64,000 nucleotides of DNA from the human T2T-CHM13v2.0 reference genome, Homo sapiens, in NCBI RefSeq assembly GCF_009914755.1, contig NC_060928.1; one strand, given 5' to 3'. The position numbers and the translations under genes were made by a program. Shown one piece after another: positions 57,719 to 64,000 of the stretch (position 1 is its first letter; each line of letters opens with the position of its first letter). The notes beneath the pieces are model-generated. The model did not search any database. It was given only the letters and a program-made list of their open reading frames with translations, and was not told the DNA's origin.

Positions 57719-60166
57719 AGATCACTGTCCATTCTGTTTCAAACAATAATGTTTTTATCCTGCTACTGCAAAATTACCCTCACTCAAATCAGTGGAATCA
57801 ATGGAATTAGTTTAGCTAGTAGGAATGCTAAAATAATGAAAAAAATAATGGCTCTGTGAATGGAAGGATTTGTTTGTGAAACTTGTTATATTTCAATGCC
57901 ACTAATAATATCATATACTCTGTGACTAATGTTTAAGTGAATAAATAATTTTATGAGTATTTAAAGCAAATACTAGTTGACTTGTAGTTTTATAGGTAAC
58001 TACCGAATTACTGAATCTTTCAGACGTTTTCTCAGATTATTATTATGTGTGCTTTCAAGGGTCTTCTTGGGACTTTATTTAATCCATTTAATAACTTAGC
58101 TGTGTCCTTGAAAAAATAAGACTTCAGATATGCAGCCATTCCAAAAATGTTGTAATATTTATAGTTTCTGAAAAAAATTCTAAAGAAAAACTTAAGCTCA
58201 GGCTTATAAAGTTTATTTTACAGCATTTACAATATACAATTGATATCAACTCAAGAACCAAAATGAAAAAAGATGTTATGCTTATCAATAAACAAAAACC
58301 AGATAAAGGAATAATCAAATTATTTATTTCTGTTTTCCAGCTTAGATACACAGTAAACTATAAACAGTTAAAAGTGAAATTAATTCCCATATTATACCTG
58401 ATGACTTTTAACACAAATAAATATCTTCTTTTTTATTTATTACCTATCCCCCAGACAAAGAAGTTTAGACATTTAAAAAATACTATGTCTTATTGCTCAA
58501 TTCTCTTTTGTAAAAAACAAAGATCTTCCCCACATTAAATTTTGAAGAGTTGGTGTTTATAATTAAGTATCTTCGTGATTACCCAACAACTGTGCATACG
58601 TGAAAACATTGCTTAGCCGTCATGACATTGCAACACTCTCCACAAATGAGGAAATTCATATCCAGTAAACTTTTATTTATTTTGCAATAATATAAAGGAC
58701 CCTTTCTAACATTTAGTGATATGCTGTTTATCTGAAATCTTTGTCATGGACAAGGATTGTTTCTTAGCCAGTGTGAGTATGTGTGTGTGTATGTGCCTGT
58801 GTCTGTGTTTAGGGAGAAATGACGTATTATGTCCTGAGTACCTTCTATTCACCAGGCATTATCTTCAGCACTTTGAATATGTGAAATTATTTCAATCTCA
58901 GAAGTATTTCATGGTATATGTTCTGTTAGCTCCATTCTATAGATAAAACTATCACTCAAGCCTGTTAAACAACTCCAACTTAATAAGTGTGGGATCTGGG
59001 ATTCAGAAATGAAGTTTAAAAACAGTGAGAAGCACTGTTACGTATGCACATTGGCAGAGTTATGTATGTGCATTAGCAGAGTCAAGACCCCAAGAAGTTA
59101 CCTAGTCTTTACATAAAATGTCACCGAAACACAGATATCAGTCTATCCTCCCTCCACCCTCCAAAATATTCAAGAATGACACTATACCAATTCTTTGTGA
59201 TCTATTTCAGTCTCCATTCTTAACTGCCAGAGTACATCCTGGAAGCCCTTTACCCCTTAAGAACACCCTGTTTGTCCTGTCTTAGCTGAAAGAGAGAGTA
59301 TGTTCACCACCACTCATAACTGAAAATTCTCTTTGTACTGAAAGCACCTATTCCTTTTTCTGTTCTTGGTTGTCTGCTCAGCCCAGAGATTCTGGCAGGG
59401 ACACTGATCTGAATCTGTTCTCATCTCAGGTTTCTCCAGGGGTTCCCAGGACAATCCTGCCACCAAATCAGAACATAAAGTAAACTCCTGGAACAGAAGC
59501 TCTGTCAACATTAATCAAATACTTCCATGTTTTTATTTCAAATAGGAATGACTCTGAGTTGGACTAGATCTCTTCATGCTTACCCAAGCTATCTTACCTA
59601 TCAGCATAACTGAGAATTCAACAAGGAGGTAAAGAGGAACAATGGGGTAAGTTTAAATATCTCCACATTTTTCAAAATAGATAAGTGAAAGAAATCTATG
59701 AGGTTTGTATTTATTTTACCAGCACATTTATATTAAAACATCCAACAAGTATATTTTTACCACTACATTCCTATGACTATATCTATGACATAATTAGTGT
59801 TCATTCTTAAGTGCTTAGGTGATTATAATAATAGTTATTATATAGGTTCTTTGCATATCTAATATTGTCTTTGTTTCTAGTTACAGACATTAGATCCAAG
59901 ACACTTAGTCACTGGGTATTTTCTTTTTCAGATCTCTGGTTTTACTATATAAATCTATCAGCCAGTCAAATTCTTACATGTCTATTTTAAGTATGGGAGA
60001 GGCTCCAAAGAGAAGGTGAGTTCACAGACAGAGGTTGAATAAATGCAAACTTCTGATTGTCAGTGATGAAGTTGTTAAATCTTATAATGATTTTTGATGG
60101 ATTTTTTTGCAAATTGGAAAATACATGAGTCAAGATCATTTGGGGAATGCTGTTAAGAATGAGATT

Positions 60167-61891
60167 GAACATGCAGTGTTTGGTTTTCTGTTCCTGTGTT
60201 AGTTGGCTGAGAATGATGGTTTCTAGCTTCATCCATGTCTCTGGAAAGGACATGAACTTATCCTTTTTTATGGCTGCATAGTATTCCATGGTGTATATGT
60301 ATCACATGTTCTTTATCCAGTCTATCATTGATGAGCATTTGGGTTGGTTTCAAGTGTTTGCTATTGTGAATAGTGCTGCAATAAACATATGTGTGCATGT
60401 GTCTTTATAGTAGAGTAATTTATAATACTTTGGGTATATACCCAGTGATGGGATTGCTGGGTCAAATGGTATTTCTTGTTCTAGATCCTTGAGGAATCAC
60501 CACACTGTCTTCCACAATGGTTAAACTAATTTACACTCCTACTAACAGTATAAAATTTTTCCTATTTCTCTATATCCTCTCCAGCATCTGTTGTTTCCTG
60601 ACTTTTTAATGATCGCCATTCTAGCTGGTGTGAAATGGTATCTCATTGTGGTTTTGATTTGCATTTCTTTAATGACCAGGGATGATGAGCTTTTTTCCAT
60701 ATGTTTGTTGGCCGCACAAATGTCTTCTTTTGAGAAGTGTCTGTTCATATCCTTCACCCACTTTTTGATGGGGTTGTTTTATTTTTTTCTTGTAAATTTG
60801 TTTAAGTTCCTTGTAGATTCTGGAGATCAGCCCTTTGTCAGATGGACAGATTACAAAAATTTTCTCCCATTCTGTAGGTTGCCTGTTCACTCTGATAATA
60901 GTTGCTTTTGCTGTGCAGAAGCTCTTTAGTTTAATTACATCTCATTTGTCTATTTTGGATTTTGTTGCCCTTGCTTTTGGTGTTTTAGTCATGAAGTCTT
61001 TGCCCATGCCTATGTCCTGAATGGTATTGCCTAGGTTTTCTTCTAGGGTTTTTATGATTTTAGGTCTTATGTTTAAGTCTTTAATCCATCTTGAGTTAAT
61101 TTTTGTACAAGTTGTAAGGAAGGGGTACAGTTTCAGTTTTCTGCCTATGGCTAGCCAGTTTTCCCAACACCATTTATTAAATAGGGAATCCTTTCCTCAT
61201 TGCTTGTTTTTGTCAGGTTTGTCAAAGATCAGATGGTTGTAGATGTGTGGCATTATTTCTGAGGCCTCTGTTCTGTTCCACTGGTCTATATATCTGTTTT
61301 GGTATCAGTACCATGCTGTTTTGGTTACTATAGCCTTGTAGTATAGTTTGAAGTCAGGTAGCATCATTCCTCCAGCTTTGCTCTTTTTGCTTAGGATTAT
61401 CTTGGTTATACAGGATATTTTTTGGTTCCATATGAAATTTAAAGTAGTTTTTTTCTAATTCCATGAATTCTAATACTGTGAAGTCAATGGTAGCTTGATG
61501 GGGATAGCATTAAATCTATAAATTACTTTGGGCAATATGTCAATTTTCATGATATTTATTCTTCCTATTCCTGAGGATGGAATATTCTTCCACTTGTTTA
61601 TGTCCTCTCTTATTTCCTTGAGCAGTTGTTTGTAGTTCTCCTTGAAGAGGTCCTTCACATCCCTTGTAAGTTGTATCCCTAGGTATTTTATTCTCTTTGT
61701 AGCAATTATGAATGGGAGTTCACTACACAGGGAGGGGAACATCACACACCAGGGCGTGTCAGGGGGTTGGGGGCTAGGGGAGGGATAGCATTAGGAGAAA
61801 TACCTAATGTAGATGACAGGTTGATGGGTGCAGTAAACCATCATGGCACACGTATACCTATGTAACAAACCTGCATGTTCTGCACATGTAT
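60167..61891 (+). mobile_element. L1PA (PA7/8-like) with long 5' inversion and no poly(A) tail
   Basis: 60167-61724 antisense ORF2/3'UTR; 61725-61891 sense 3'UTR ending at cacatgtat. Confidence 0.93.
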
Positions 61892-62540
61892 GATTTGATA
61901 AATATTTGGTTTCAGCTCCAATATGTAAAGATCTTAGAAGTTATTACTCTTATCCTTACAATAAGAAAAAGCTGAACAAGCTAAAAATAAACAAATTTTC
62001 TTAGATCTCTCAGAAAACTGAGGCCACAGGGCAAACTACCACCCCAAAATCCAGCAGATGAGTGAATCTTGAGAGTCACTGCTGAAATATGTTTATCTGA
62101 AGCAGTAGCAGCTGAAGTCAAAAACTGGTAGAAAAAAATGGTAAATTGGTAAATTGGGAGGCTGAGCATGCAGTAGCATAAGAATGAGAAACAGACAACT
62201 GTTGACAGAAGTCTTGAAGAACACACTTTAATGGGATTTATCTCTAGAAAATCCATCAGGTTCTCATGATGAAGATGTGAGAAACAGCCCCTCCTGGCCC
62301 TGGCAGGATGAGGGAAAGCATAGCCTTTGAAACATGCACAGAGCATTCTCCAAAACAAAGGCCTCCTCTCCACAAGAAATACTTTACCAGAGCCTTATCC
62401 CACCTGATGGAAGGATGTTATCCTACGCCAGCTCCCTCTAGTCCTCTTTACTCATTAGAAGGAGAAAAAAAGCTAAGAAATACCCGTGAAGTTTGCAGCC
62501 TAGGAAAACAGACTTACTAAAAGACATTATGCATAAGATT
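61892..62540 (+). mobile_element. Probable old L1M 5' region
   Basis: Resembles L1M3/M4 5' ends; from memory only. Confidence 0.35.
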
Positions 62541-62544
62541 TTTG

Positions 62545-62792
62545 ACAAAAAGAATTCTGTAAAATATTTAAAGAAGTTTATTCTGAGCCAGTATTAGTGA
62601 CCATGGCCCAGGGAACGGTCTTATGAGAAACTGTGTCCAAGGCAATTCAGTTACAGTTTGAGTTTATATATTTTAGGGAGACAGGAATCATAGATAAAAT
62701 CACAAATCAGCATATGGAAGGTATACATTTGTTCAGCCTAAAGAGGAGGGGTATCTTGAAGTGAGGAGGGGGATTGGGAGGAGCACTTACAG
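62545..62792 (-). mobile_element. MER4-group ERV1 LTR fragment, interrupted by MST
   Basis: aaatatttaaagaagtttattctgagcca...ttttagggagacag. Confidence 0.65.
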
Positions 62793-62794
62793 AT

Positions 62795-63205
62795 CGATGT
62801 TAGGTCATTCTTGAATAGCTGTAAAGAAAGATCTGAGACAGGGAAATTTATAAAGAAAAGAGGTTTAATTGGCTCACAACTCTGCAGGCTATACAGGAAG
62901 CATGGTTCCACCATCTGCTCAAATTCTGGGGATGCCTGAAGGAGCTTTTACTCATGACAGAAGATAAAGTGGGAGCAGGCATATCACATGGTGAGAATGA
63001 GAAAAAGAAAGAGTGTCAGGAGAGGTGCCACAGACTTTTGAAAAACAGATATCCTGAGAACTCACCCACTATTGCAAGGACAGCACCAAGCCATGAGGGA
63101 TCCACCCCTCAGTGACCCAAACACCTCCCACCAGGCCCCACTTCCAACACTGGGGATTACAATTCAACATGTGATTTGGCAGGGATGTATATTCAAACTA
63201 TATTA
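62795..63205 (-). mobile_element. MSTB-like MaLR 3' LTR
   Basis: aagaaaagaggtttaattggctcac...ggggattacaattcaacatg...caaactatatta. Confidence 0.85.
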
Positions 63206-64000
63206 TTCTTCCCCTGGCCCTCCAAATCTCATGTCCTTCTCACATTGCAAAAACAATCATGCTTTCCCAATAGTCCCTGAAATTTATTCTTAACTCAATC
63301 CAGTGTTAACTCAAAAGTCCAAAGTCTCATCTGAGACAAGGCAATTCCCTTCCACTTCTGAGCCTATGAAATCAAAAACAAGTTATGTACTTCCAAGATG
63401 CAATGGGGGTGTAGGCATTGGGTAAACATTCCTGTTCTAAAAGGGAGAAATCAGCCAAAAGAAAGGGGCTACAGGCCCCATGCAAGTTCAAAACCCATCT
63501 GTGCAGCCCCAGAATAATCTTTTTTGACTCCATGTCCCACATTCAGGGCACACTGTTGCAAGGGGTGGGCTCCCAAGGCCTTGGGCAGCTCCACCCCCTG
63601 TGGCTTTGCATGGTTCAACTCTCATGGCTTCTCTCCCATGTTGGAGTTGAGTGCCTGTGACTTTTCCAGGCACAGGGTGCAAGCTGCTGGTGGATCTACC
63701 ATTCTGGGATATGGAGGATGGTAGCTCTCTTCTTATAGCTCCACTAGGCAGTGCCCCAGTAGGGACTCTGTTTGGGGCCTCCAACTCTACATTTCTCTTC
63801 TGCATTGCCCTAGTAGAGGTTCTCTGTGTGGGCTCCACCCTGGCAGCAGTCTTCTGCCTGGATGCCCAGGCCTTCTTATGTATCCTCTGAAATCTAGGTG
63901 GAGGATGCCACGCCTCCTTTACTCATGCACTCTGTGAACTTACAGGCTTAACCCACATGGATGCCAGTAAGGCTTATAGCTTGTTCCCTCTAGAACAGTA
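63206..64000 (-). mobile_element. MST internal sequence running off the window
   Basis: PPT (ttcttcccctggccct) adjoining the LTR, then MaLR-int motifs (tctcatctgagacaaggc, ccactaggcagtgccccagt). Confidence 0.88.

Overview
Mammalian (human or great-ape) genomic DNA, recognisable as the MTHFD2L-EPGN locus (human 4q13.3, upstream of the EREG/AREG cluster). The window holds the last two coding exons of MTHFD2L (1051-1176 and 21322-21434, + strand, 20.1 kb intron), its 3' UTR to about 22.73 kb, and the complete 5-exon EPGN (epigen) gene (CDS 28159-34262, 154 aa). After EPGN come about 27 kb of repeat-rich intergenic DNA: Alu, L1 (two with twin-priming inversions), L2/MIR, Tigger DNA transposons, MaLR and ERV1 LTRs, and a truncated ERV1 provirus. 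Almost all ORFs in the supplied track are spurious or repeat-derived. I see no convincing wholly new system. The best leads are: a phase-compatible MTHFD2L-EPGN read-through fusion; EPGN splice routes in which an exon-5 cysteine replaces EGF Cys6; an antisense Alu with a newly created GT donor in the MTHFD2L intron; and a 50-nt tract with rare shared variants in two Alus 22.7 kb apart (possible gene conversion). Repeat subfamily names come from recalled consensus sequences and need RepeatMasker/Dfam confirmation.
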